Source: Eledone cirrhosa (taxonomy: Eukaryota). From it: DNA of 64,000 bases. Location: NCBI GenBank assembly GCA_964016885.1, contig OZ024742.1:223944001-224008000 (forward strand), given 5' to 3'. The stretch's first letter is position 1. Every line of letters starts with the position of its first letter. The notes under the pieces are model-generated. The model was not told the origin of the DNA and made no database searches. It saw only the letters and a program-made list of their open reading frames with translations. This document shows positions 27,294 through 41,972 of this stretch, in pieces. The translations under genes and the position numbers were made by a program.

Positions 27294-27479
27294 TGTTTCT
27301 ACTTTTGGCACAAGGCCAGCAATTACCCAGTGCATTACTGGTACTTTATTTTATCGACCCCGTAAGGATGAAAGACAAAGTTAACATCGGCGGGATTTGA
27401 ACTCAGAATGGCAAGGACCGTAACTCTATGCGTCAAGCATGACGTCCGACCCTCTACCGATACTGGCAATCCACCGCCC
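27294..27479 (-). mobile_element. tRNA-derived SINE with 19-bp TSD, nested in a hammerhead element (27190-27622; hammerhead - 27531-27591)
   Basis: TSD aaatacacaatatattaat at 27275 and 27480; A- and B-box-like motifs. Confidence 0.88.
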
Positions 27480-27619
27480 AAATACACAATATATTAATAA
27501 ATGGAAACTATATTTATAAAACCATATTTATTTTATTATACATATTTCAAGGGCAATCAAGGCAAATTATGGTGCGCTTTCATCAGATAAAATACAGATT
27601 TGTTTTATAAATAAATATT

Positions 27620-27680
<61 letters not shown>

Positions 27681-27983
27681 TAGTATATGTTGGTTGTTTA
27701 CCGACACCTCAGTATGCAGATTGGAGCACTCGACGAAGAACGCAGGTTGGTTACTCCGGAGTAATGTAAAAATATATGATTCCAGTTCCTCAGAGAAGTA
27801 ACAACCCAACCAGGAGCTGGACACATCGGCGTATTGACGGAGTAAAACACTTTAACAATATGTGTACTTGTCTCTACCACACCAATTTGGACTGCCTGAA
27901 GAGGTCACAGCCATATATAGCAGTACATCTTTAATAAACGAAGCCAAATTTTAAATATTTGACTTAATTATTTTATTTTATTT

Positions 27984-28022
<39 letters not shown>

Positions 28023-28189
28023 ATACAATAACAGAGAAAGCTTTAATCTAAACTTTGACTGGTAACCATCTCACTCAACAAACATTAGGGTATACGTTAG
28101 TATAATCCCAATTTTGTGTTTGGGGTGCTAACTATATGTATTTTGTGGAAAGCCAGTTGTATTATTTTATATGAGATATAATTAAAAAT

Positions 28190-29666
<1,477 letters not shown>

Positions 29667-29668
<2 letters not shown>

Positions 29669-29860
29669 AACCAGTAAGACCCCGACGGCTGAGCTCAAGC
29701 CGTTTCGACGGCTAATTCTGGACATAATTAGCCGTCGAAACGGCTTGAGCTCAGCCGTCGGGGACTTACTGGTTCCTATTACCCACTCTACTACCCTAAG
29801 TATTGAGTACTTTGGTGCGTTATGGTCCACCTGGTTCCTTACCACATTTCCTTCGTTTTT
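29667..29860 (+). mobile_element. Hairpin-headed about 190-bp element in (TA)n (family: 49635-49815 +, 53910-54090 -, 54124-54320 -)
   Basis: About 110-bp hairpin containing GAAA-cggct-tgagctc-agccg-TC-gggg (3' half of a hammerhead) plus a conserved tail. Confidence 0.8.
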
Positions 29861-29865
29861 ATATA

Positions 29866-29955
<90 letters not shown>

Positions 29956-30141
29956 AAGATTTATATATATGTATGTATATATAAGGTGAACTTATCATTT
30001 CGCTGTTGTACCTGTTTGGCAATCGACTTAAATTTAATAGTTTTCTTTGGATGTGATGTAGTGGTAGTTTTGCAGTTGGACGAACTGTATCGGTGACCAG
30101 GTCATAAAAAGAGCGACACTATGTAAAAAAAAAAAAAAATG

Positions 30142-30336
30142 ATTGTTTCTACGTTAGGCACAAGGCCAGCAATTACCCAGTGCATTACTGGTACTTTATT
30201 TTATCGACCCCGTAAGGATGAAAGGCAAAGTTAACCAAAGTTAACTAAAAAAAAAAAAAATAATAATAATTGTTTCTACTTTTGGCACAAGGCTAGCAAT
30301 TATCCCAGTGTATTACTGGTACTTTATTTTATCGAT
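30142..30336 (-). mobile_element. Two truncated SINE 3' fragments
   Basis: Match to the SINE body at 27294-27400. Confidence 0.8.
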
Positions 30337-30397
30337 AATAATGAACGTCAAGTGAAGTTAATAGTTTTTTTTCTATTTTATTTCTTTTTGTTTTTGC

Positions 30398-30459
<62 letters not shown>

Positions 30460-30766
30460 TTAATTCTCAGTTTGAGTGGCTGAAATGACTGTTTCACGAT
30501 GTAATATATCAATTATAATCTCTTTTTCTCGAGATAAGTGATGTAAAAACTGCATTATCAACGAGAGAGGCGACATATGCCATGTGATAATTACAGGTTC
30601 ATTAGTGATGTTTCCAAGCGTTAAAGTTTCCTCCTTAACTGGTTTATCGAGCTGTTATGTCTGCCTCTTCTAGTACGGCTATCATTGACAACATCATTGA
30701 CATCGTTTCTTGTTGGTTTGCTTTCTGTATCAGATGATGTTGATTCTCTCTCTATCTGTTTCTGTG

Positions 30767-30909
<143 letters not shown>

Positions 30910-31077
30910 AACTACCTATGTATGTATTTATGTATGTATGTATATATATATAAGCACACACATATTTATGTATATATATATAAATATATGTATACACATA
31001 CAAACATAGATACACACACACACACACACTCGTATATACACACACACATATATAAACATATATTATTCCTATTACGT

Positions 31078-31111
<34 letters not shown>

Positions 31112-31165
31112 CTTCTCATTAGCTCTGGTTCCCTTACCCCTTCTTTTTTTCTTTCTTTCTTTTTT

Positions 31166-31205
<40 letters not shown>

Positions 31206-31231
31206 TTTTTTCTTTTTTCTTTTTTCTTTTT

Positions 31232-31285
<54 letters not shown>

Positions 31286-31704
31286 TATGTGTCTTCTTTT
31301 CCCCACCTCGTCTTGTTTGTTAAAGATATGAATTGTTGAAAAGATTGCAAACTATATTTGGATAATATTGCAGAGTGGAAGAGGCAAGACTGATGGAGTA
31401 AATATAGAGACAAACGTAAGGAAGAAATATATAGTAAAGTATGTAAAGTGACTAAAGAGAGGAGAGTGAGAGGAGGGGGGGGGGGGAGATGTTGAGATAT
31501 ATGAGAGTGGGCGAGAGAGGGGGAGAATGATGGCGAGAGGGGGGGGGGGGGTGAGAGATGGGGAAGGGTAGAGAGGGGGAAGAGGACGGGAGAGAGATGT
31601 GGGAGGGAGGGAGAATATGAAAGAAGGACTGAGAATAGGAGATAGACAGTAAAAAAATCAGAAAGAGAGAGAATGGAGAAAAAGAAAAAAAATTTAAAAC
31701 TTAT

Positions 31705-31741
<37 letters not shown>

Positions 31742-31743
<2 letters not shown>

Positions 31744-31816
31744 AGGTGTTACCCAAAAATGTATACACACTTCAACAGCATTCTAATCAACATGTGCATA
31801 CTTTTTGGGGACGCCC

Positions 31817-31910
<94 letters not shown>

Positions 31911-31941
31911 CACACACATACAAGGTGTCCCCAAAAAGTAT

Positions 31942-31986
<45 letters not shown>

Positions 31987-32209
31987 CACACACATACAAT
32001 GTGTCTCCAAAAATGTATACACACACACATATATATATAAAGGGTGTCCCAAAAACATGTATATACACACACACACGCACGCACACACACACACACACAT
32101 ATATATATACATATATATATATTTACACACATATACAGGGTGTCCCCAAAAATGTATACACACACACACATATATATATATATATAAAGGGTGTCCCCAA
32201 AACATGTAT

Positions 32210-32246
<37 letters not shown>

Positions 32247-32247
32247 G

Positions 32248-32278
<31 letters not shown>

Positions 32279-32355
32279 CAGAATGAGTTAAGGGAGAGAA
32301 GAGATAATGTATACACACACATATATATAAAGGGTGTCCCCAAAACATGTATACA
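31742..32355. repeat. Degenerate mariner-type MITE followed by tandem TIR half-sites embedded in (CA)/(TA) repeats
   Basis: Repeated agggtgtccccaaaa..tgtatacac, matching the TIR of 35078-35172. Confidence 0.7.
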
Positions 32356-32406
<51 letters not shown>

Positions 32407-32463
32407 ACACACACACCCACACACACAAACACACACACACACACACCCCACACACATATATAT

Positions 32464-32494
<31 letters not shown>

Positions 32495-32574
32495 CAGAGT
32501 GAGTTGAGGGAGAGAAGAGATAACATAAGAGAAGAGAGGAGAGAGGAGAGAGAAGTTCTGTGTTCTCTTTTCTT

Positions 32575-32810
32575 CGTGTAAATATAAGAAAGATGGCCAG
32601 GTCAATAGATGGTGCTGAAGTAGCCAATTCCCTTGATTGTCTCTCTCTCTCTTAACGGCAGGGGTCACATTTGAAGGGGACATTAAGATAGCTGTGTTGA
32701 TATAGGGTGATATAGAGCAGAAGATCGTTGATATAGGGGCGAAAATCAAATAGGAAAAACTACATAATACGTGTCAACAAACAGAACAGCATATTGCACT
32801 CTTAATATAA
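32575..32810 (+). pseudogene. Possible highly decayed GIY-YIG C-terminal remnant
   Basis: Fragments GAEVANS..(H)TFEGDIKIAVL..YII..TLN upstream of a C/T-rich tail and a hammerhead-like motif at 33707; weak. Confidence 0.3.
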
Positions 32811-32899
32811 CACCTCCTACTCCCTTTCTATCTCATCTCTCAATATATCCTCCACCCACTTCCACTCTTTCTCATCTCTTAATATTATTCCCTCTTCTT

Positions 32900-33420
32900 C
32901 CTACTCTTTCTCTTCACTTAATATATCCCCCTCTCCCTCCTACTCTTTCTCTTCACTTAATATATCCCCCTCTTCCTCCTACTCTTTCTCTTCACTTAAT
33001 ATATCCCCCTCTCCCTCCTACTCTTTCTCTTCACTTAATATATCCCCCTCTCCCTCCTACTCTTTCTCTTCACTTAATATATCCCCCTCTCCCTCCTACT
33101 CTTTCTCTTCACTTAATATATCCCCCTCTCCCTCCCACTCTCTCTTCACTTAATATATCCTCCTCTCCCTCCCACTCTTTCTCTTCACTTAATATATCCT
33201 CCTCTCCCTCCCACTCTTTCTCTTCACTTACTATATCCCCCTCTCCCTCCCACTCTTTCTCTTCACTTAATATATCCTCCTCTCCCTCCCACTCTTTCTC
33301 TTCACTTAATATATCCTCCTCTCCCTCCCACTCTTTGTATATCCTCCTCTCCCTCCCACTCTTTGTATACCCTCCTCTCCCTCCCACGCTTTATCTCTTA
33401 ATATATCCTCCTCTCTCTCA
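32900..33420. repeat. 39-bp minisatellite (ctctttctcttcacttaatatatccccctctccctccta)
   Basis: About 11 tandem copies, degenerating rightwards. Confidence 0.95.
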
Positions 33421-33754
33421 CACTCTTTCTCTCCTCTTAATATATATTACCCTCTCTCTCCCACCTTTTCTTTTCTCTTAACATATCCTCCTCTCCCTCT
33501 CACTCTTCCTCCCACTCACTCTCCTCCTACCACTTCACCACCTCTTTTAAAATATCTTCCTCCCACACGCTCACTCTTCTCTATTAATATTATGTTCTCC
33601 TCCTCCCCCATATCATCTCTTAATATATCATTCTCTTTCTCCCACTCCCTATCACCTATTACTATATCTTTCTCTTTCTACCATTCCCTATCCTCTCTTA
33701 TTCCTCTTCATCTGATGATGAGGCTGTGAAAGTCTCGAAACGTATATACACATA

Positions 33755-33928
33755 CCGTATTTACCGGCGTCAAAGACGCTACTTTTTTCTCTCCCTAAAA
33801 TAAGTCTCAAAAATCTACCCTGCGTCCTGGAGGACGAAGGTTGTTTATTATCATTTTTTTAAATTTTTGGTTGTCAAAATTAGGGTGCGTCCTCGTAGAC
33901 GAAGCGTCTTCGGCGCCGGGAAATACGG
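33755..33928. mobile_element. 174-bp Tc2/pogo-like MITE
   Basis: TIRs CCGTATTTaCCGGCG..AAGACGC / GCGTCTT..CGCCGGgAAATACGG, with TA on both sides. Confidence 0.85.
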
Positions 33929-33989
33929 TATATGTATTTTATGAATTTAAATGACTGAGACAATATTTTATTTATGGAATATATCATGA

Positions 33990-34195
33990 AAAGGAACGAT
34001 CGACTTTCGTCAAATCGGACCGAGGGAACAATGTTTCCGTTGATCTTTCCAATTGCTAATACTATCTATCGGTCGCAACTCCAGGTAGATGGAGCAACGT
34101 GAAATAAAGTGTCTTGCTCAAGGACATAACGCATCGCTTGGTCCAAGAATCGAACTCACAACCTTACGATTGTGAATCCAATTCTCTAACCACTC
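33990..34195 (-). mobile_element. Second tRNA-derived SINE family (homolog at 53169-53450 +)
   Basis: Minus strand agtggttaga..gtgagttcgattc, followed by ccttgagcaagacactttatttcacgttgctcca. Confidence 0.75.
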
Positions 34196-34339
34196 AGAAA
34201 AAAAAAAAAAGACTATTTAGATTGGGAAGAAAGAATGGAATGTAAAATAGGAAAATCTAAAGAAATAAAGAAAAAAAAACGGAAAAGGGGGGTGGGTGGC
34301 AAGGACTCTAGTGTCACAGAAGAATGGGGGAAGGGGAGG

Positions 34340-34650
34340 GCTCTGGGCTCTGGGCCTAGGGCGCGGCGGTAAAGGGGCTGCTCTCTGAGGACAAGACCAC
34401 AAAAGCATTCCCGCGGACAATGGCCAGCGACATCCGCTGCAACAGCCATCCCACCTCGCGGGGCTTCTTCCTCAGACGGGCTGCCGACGTTCCGATCTTG
34501 CGGAGGAGCTCGACTGTACGGGGTCCTATACTTGTGGAAACGAATTGAAACGACTGAGCCCGCTGGTGGGACTCTACCTCTTTAATATACCCCCTCATCA
34601 TGCATCAAATACTACCCTGATCTGTGGCCGTCTCGGTCATCACGCCGTAG
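34340..34650 (-). pseudogene. CRE-like non-LTR element 3' remnant
   Basis: ..IGP..LLRKIG..PREVGWLLQRMSLAIVRGNAFVVL. Confidence 0.75.
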
Positions 34651-35077
34651 ACACTACACTCACATAGACACATACATACACAGACATATACGTACACAGA
34701 CACATACGTACAGACACACACATACACAGTGTCAAACCAGTAATTGAAGTGTGTTGTAGTTATATATTAACTATAGAATTACTATTAAAACATGTATTAT
34801 TAGGATGAATACAACTTGTAACAATTGGTATGACTGCAGTTTCATTTTTTAATATTTATTGAGTGTGTTTCTCTCTCTCTCTCCCGTCCCCCTCTCTCCA
34901 TCTCCCTCTCTCTCCTGTCCCCCTCTATGTGACTGTGTGTGTGTATGTGTGTGTGCAGCGCTAGCGTTACTATTAAAGTCAACTGAGCAACCATCTAGGG
35001 AGCTGGCCGCAACGAGGTACATTACAAAACTTTAAATAATCAGTTTTATACAAATTTGCATAATTAAATTGAATATA

Positions 35078-35172
35078 CAGAGTGTCCCCAAAACTGTATA
35101 CGCACTTTGATTACCTGTACAGGCAATATTTATTAGAATTCTGTTGAAGTATACATTTTTGGGGACACCCTG
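35078..35172. mobile_element. 95-bp Tc1/mariner-type MITE
   Basis: TIRs CAGaGTGTCCCCAAAA.TGTATAC / GTATACATTTTTGGGGACACCCTG with TA TSD. Confidence 0.85.
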
Positions 35173-35367
35173 TATAATAATTCCTTGCAATCAATAAATT
35201 AATCACTTATCGACTTTGTCAGGTAAACGCATCGTGGGAATATCCAAAGTGGCGGAGAGGGTTGTATGGTGTTATGACCTGGCACTTGATTTATCGTAGG
35301 AGAGTGTTGTTGCTTAGTGGAAAATGCAGGTCTAGGGATTTTCTTAATGAGGTCAGGGCCTTCCTTC

Positions 35368-35592
35368 TCATTTCATCCTTATTTCTGAGGGTCGGGGGTC
35401 AGTCATGGTCTGCTGGACCAGCACTCTCCATCTTTTCCTGTCTCTTGCCATTGCCGTACATTCCGACAAACTCCTTCCTGTCCATTCCTTAATATCATCT
35501 GTCCATCTCCTTTTCTCCCGTACCCTGGCCCTTTTCCCAAGGATGTGGGTAGTCAAATTTTCGGCCCTGGTCACATGACCAAAATACTGAGG
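35368..35592 (-). mobile_element. RTE-type LINE 3' fragment
   Basis: QYFGHVTR..GKR.R..KRRWTDDIKEWTG..ARDRKRWR. Confidence 0.8.
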
Positions 35593-36204
35593 TCAGAGCA
35601 AGAAGTGTTAGAAGCTAGGTTTGTCAGTTTACCAAACTGTAAGTTGAGAGAATGGAGTGTATAAATAGGAAGAAAAGACACACACATTGTATAGCTAACC
35701 TTGGGTGTCAAATACCCAGGTGTGTGAGTATGCATGTGCGACTGTGTGAGGGTATGAGTGTTTGTGTGTATGTGAGTGCGTGAGTGTGTGCGCGTATGTG
35801 TATGTGAGTGTGTGCGAGAGTGAATGTGTGTATATGTGAGTGAGAGTGTATGTGTGTGTGTGTGTTTGCATGGAAGACTATAACGGTTGTATCATATTAT
35901 CATCAAACACACAGCTCTATAAGGCATGTCATCACTAAGACTTTAATTGGAACAGCAATGACGACGACAGTAACAACAACAACCACGACAACAACACCAA
36001 CGATAACGACGGGAACAACAACGAAAACAAGAAATCATGACCGACGCCTATAGTTCGACAACCGACAATTGTCACAGTAAATTTAGTTTTCAAGGTGTAA
36101 ACATCTTAATGCATTCTTTAAGGAGTATACATATATACATACATATATACGAACATACTTACATAGATACATACATACATTCATACATACATTTGTACGA
36201 CTAT

Positions 36205-37230
36205 ACATGATGGCAGAAAACTCTGCCAAGAGTATTGCAATCGCTTGTCAGATTCAGATGTGTGACGCGCGGATATGGCTTTTCAAGCCTGCTAGAGACT
36301 TGTACTCCCTCGCACACTGACGACAAGTATGGATGTCCCTGGCCTGAAGTCTTGCATCAGGTTGTCTGTGAACCCCCACAATACCGTGGAGATCATAGTT
36401 CAGTGGTTCTCTTTGAACATGGCTGCGATTGTGGCTCCTGAGACCAGATTTGATCAAGCAAATGTTTCCACATTCAGGGCACACCAATTCAATGGAGACA
36501 CCTATCGTTTCGAGAGATACACCAGGGCATTTCTTACGCACGTCCCGTTTGATCTTCTCGTGCTCTATGCGTCTGTCCTCAAAATTATGGACCCCATCAT
36601 TCACCATTCCACGCCAAGTTTCTCTTTCAAGAGCTTCTATCTCCCAGTCAGCCATCATCAAACCAGTTTTTTTCAATGAGTCCTTTACACAATCCTTGAA
36701 TCAGAGCCTTGGCTTGTGAGGTGGTTTCTTACCCTCACAAAGTTTGCCATTCAAGAGTTGTTTTGGTATTCGATCATCCTCCATTCTGCAGAGGTGTCCG
36801 GTCCATCGCAAACGCCGTTGGTGGATGATACTCTCAATGCTCCGACACTCACTTCTCTCAAGGACCTCAACATCACTCACTTGCATCTGCCACTTGATAC
36901 CGAGCATCTTTCTAAGACACTGCTGGTGAAACCGTTCCAGTCTAGGGATATGCTGTTTGTAGGCAACCCATGTCTCACACACATACAGCAAAGCTGACAG
37001 TACACATGCAGCACACACTCTCACCTTGGTCCTCATTGTGATTCCTCGCCTGCACCAAAGACGGTCGCTGAGCCTTCCAAATGACTCACTTGCCTTACTA
37101 TCACGTAGACCAACTTCTGCATCCAGAGAGCAGGTCACACTCATAGTACTCCCCACATACACAAATGTGTCAGCAGCCTTCAGCTTTTGACCGTATACGT
37201 ATATGGAGGGTTCATTGAAAACTTTATCCG
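36205..37230 (-). mobile_element. RTE/BovB-like LINE 3' portion with C-terminal C2H2 fingers
   Basis: FVYVGS, LLYVCETW, RFHQQCLRK, RRLRWTGH, RIPKQLL; CPECG..LRSH..H and CRQC..LKSH..H. Confidence 0.88.
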
Positions 37231-37614
37231 ACTATACATACATACATATGTTTGTACGTACATGCATACATAAATACATACACACATGAATACGTATTGC
37301 GTAACTTGGATTGTTGATTTAGAATTCACAGAAACCAATCGAAGATATTTTATAATATCTATCGACTAGGGCCTGGTTCGTATTAACCTGTTTGTATTTT
37401 CGTTATTGTAGTGGCTGTTGTGACATTCTTTTACCTAGCCACAGTTTTCAATTTGTCACACCTTTAACGTATATTTATTACTCTAAGATTTAATTTATCG
37501 ATTTATCGATATCATCTTATCGAGTGCTTGTGCAATCTTCTGAGGATTGTTCTTTCGAGAGATGCTGTATTAGCTGTAACTTCGATTTTACTCACTATCG
37601 TTATACATATATAC

Positions 37615-37772
<158 letters not shown>

Positions 37773-37989
37773 ATATATATATATATATTCAAAAGTATTT
37801 GAAGAAAATTAACCAACTTTCATTAAAAACTGTTTAATCACTAACAATTGTTTCTAGTGCATTGTGAAATAAATCTGTGTGTTTGTACAACGGAAAAATC
37901 CAAACCCGTAAAGAATTATTTCAATTGTTTTTCAGTTAATTCAAACTATGATATAATTTTGTTGATCTCTGTTACTTGATGTGAGTTAA

Positions 37990-39054
<1,065 letters not shown>

Positions 39055-39055
<1 letters not shown>

Positions 39056-39750
39056 TGAATAAGAAAATGCGAAGTGGTTGTAGATGTTAAGTCCTTTATT
39101 GTTAAGGCTGTGATACATATTTCAGTGACGACAGTGGTCACGTGATTTCACGGAACCAGTGTCGTGAACTCATCAGACAGCTTCATTACATAATAAGATT
39201 ACTTTGCGGGCAACGGTCAATTCTATTGTCCAAACATAAATTAGAGGTAGTAGTGAAACATATACCCTACCACAGAGTTCTGGTCGGCTGTTGCAGGACG
39301 TGGGACTAGCAGTAAACTATAACTTATTGGCTGACTTGAACTTTGTGACCATGTCACCTCTCCGGTTGGGACGGGGGAGATTGGTTGTGGGAGAGGATTG
39401 CCTGGGTAGTAATTAGATTGTCAACTTCCTTCACATTTGCGCCTGCACAAAGCTGTGGAGAGGAATTAGGGCTCACAAGGGAACGGGCAAAGGCTTCAAA
39501 AACATCATCTTTGTCCGTTTTCTTACCGTTTTATTTTGGATTGCCTTGAGAACGTAACCTTATTATGTAATGAAGCTGTCCGATGAGATCACGACACTGG
39601 TTCCGTGAAATCACGTGGTCACTGTCGCCATTGAAATACGTATCATAAAATCTACAACTTTGCATTTTCTTATTCTAAATATACCCCGTCATTCCTATTT
39701 GGAAAAAGCACGTAGAGTGGTTGAATTGAATTGCATCAATATTTACCGTA
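39055..39750. mobile_element. Foldback insertion with long-stem-II hammerheads (- 39107-39181; degenerate + 39575-39647)
   Basis: Inverted arms 39055-39197 / 39559-39677; gctgt-CTGATGA-[about 50-nt hairpin]-GAAA-T-atgt-A-TC-acagc. Confidence 0.82.
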
Positions 39751-39774
39751 AGTATACATACATACATACATACA

Positions 39775-39808
<34 letters not shown>

Positions 39809-39809
39809 C

Positions 39810-39868
<59 letters not shown>

Positions 39869-39870
<2 letters not shown>

Positions 39871-41235
39871 CGAATCAGTGGAGGATCAGTAACATCGTCC
39901 CAGTGCCAAAGAAGGGAGATCTCTCTAACACCAACAACTACCGGGGGATCTCACTGACGTCACTTGTGGCAAAGACCCTCAACAGGATGATTCTTAACAG
40001 GATCCAGCCTGAGATGGAGAAGAAGCTCAGGGACAACCAGAACGGCTTCAGAGAGGGTAGATCAACCACCAGTCACATCCTGATGCTGAGGAGGATATTA
40101 GAGGGAGCTAGAGCAAAGAGCCTTCCTGCGGTCATGGTTTTCATTGACTTTAGGAAGGCCTTTGATTCTGTGGACCGTTACTGCCTGATGAAGATCTTAC
40201 AGGCTTATGGAATCCCCAAGAGGATAGTGGACCTGATATCACTGCTCTACACCAACACCAAAGCCCAAGTCATTACACCTGATGGGATGACAGAGTTCTT
40301 TGAGATACTGGCTGGAGTGCTCCAGGGAGATACATTAGCTCCCTACCTTTTTATCATCGTAGTGGACTATTGTATGCGCCTTGCACTGGAGAAATACCAG
40401 GACACTGGCTTTACTGTAGCACCGGCTCAGAGCAGGAGAGTTGGGGCGAAAAAGGTATCGGATGCTGAATTTGCCGACGACATAGTTTTGGTGACAAATA
40501 TAGTGAAGGAGGCAGAGGATTTGATGCGGGAGGTTGAGACTGTGTCGATGAGTGTGGGGCTGAGAATGAATGAGACTAAAACAAAATATCTGGTAGAGAA
40601 TGTTGAGAAGCCAGAGGGGATCACTAATGTAGGCGGGAAGCCGCTGGAATTGGTTGAGGACTTCCTGTATTTGGGAGCAAAGATTGGGAATACGGAAGAT
40701 GATGTGGTTGAGAGGAAGAGCAAGGCCTGGGCGGCGTGTCACAGCTTGAGATCGGTGTGGAAGTCGGACCTTCGTAGAGACCTGAAGGTCCGCCTCTTCA
40801 TTGCTGTAGTGGAGTCTGTGCTGCTGTATGGGTCTGAGACTTGGACACTGACCAAGAGACTCACTCAGATGGTGGATGGGTGCTACACGAGAATGCTGAG
40901 GATGGCTCTGAACATTAATCAGTATACACTGAGGATGAAAAACTCAGAGCTGTATGGGAGCATCCCAAAAGTCAGCTCAAAAGTGACACAGAGGAGACTG
41001 AGGTTGGCTGGACATGCTCACCGACATCCAGAGTTGACATTGCACTCAGTGCTCCTTTGGGAGCCCCTACATGGTCACACTAGAAGAGGAAGACCAAGGT
41101 TAACATATGTTGATGCCCTAAGGACAGACACTGGTCTGTTGGAGATGCAGGATATGGCAGCGATAATGAGGGACAGAGACCGCTGGAGAGAACTCGTCCA
41201 TGGATCTCGGGAATTTTACCCGCCTTAGATAGATA
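39869..41235 (+). mobile_element. 5'-truncated RTE/RTEX-like LINE with uninterrupted RT, within (TA)n
   Basis: PKKGD..NYRGISL, QNGFR, FIDFRKAFDSV, GVLQGD.LAP, FADD, FLYLG, YGSETW, RRLRLAGH; the first about 85 aa of ORF 39615 are spurious. Confidence 0.93.
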
Positions 41236-41246
41236 TATATATATAT

Positions 41247-41930
41247 ACAAGTATATTACACAAATAGAAGTGTGTTAAACAGTGAAATGTGTGTAAAGGA
41301 TTATTACAAGTGATTTTTACCGTTACTGTATAGAAAACAATATCTACAGGTTTAGCAATTAAATGCAAAAAACCTAAGTCAGAATCCAATTACTGAAGTA
41401 GAGTTTTAAATTACTAACCTTATAACTATAAGTTTGCTGATACGAATTAATTTTGTTTCGCCACAGAAATATGCAGTCTAACAGCCACAGGTTCATCAGT
41501 CAGCAAATGTGGATTCTATTTACTACACATCTAGCCTCATGGATAGAGAGAAAGCTAATATACACGCTGCCCAGGGTAGGGCGAAATCACGTGTTATTTG
41601 CATCAAATAACGGTTCTCATGGATTGGGGAAAATGCTAGAGAGAGCAGCCCAACCATTCGAATTTATTAGCTCAACAATTTGGAGCTCGTTAAGTATACT
41701 AGGATCGGAATTAAGAGTATCCGCAGTTCACAGTAAAAATAATAATAATAATAATATTAGCTCAAAGAAGAATACAGTAACGGTAAAAATCACTTGTAAT
41801 AATCCTTTACACACATTTCACTGTGTAACACACTTCTATTTGTGTAATATACTTGTATCCGAGCTCAGAAGAAAATTCTCTATTCTTCTTTGAGCTAATA
41901 TTGTTATTATTATTACTGTGAACTGCGGAA

Positions 41931-41933
<3 letters not shown>
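41247..41933. mobile_element. Head-to-head insertion of an about 552-nt circularly permuted unit with hammerhead (- 41433-41507)
   Basis: 41247-41330 inverted at 41773-41856; 41718-41774 inverted at 41881-41932; tttgctga-CTGATGA..GAAAC..GTA-tcagcaaa (stem II weak). Confidence 0.75.
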
Positions 41934-41966
<33 letters not shown>

Positions 41967-41972
<6 letters not shown>

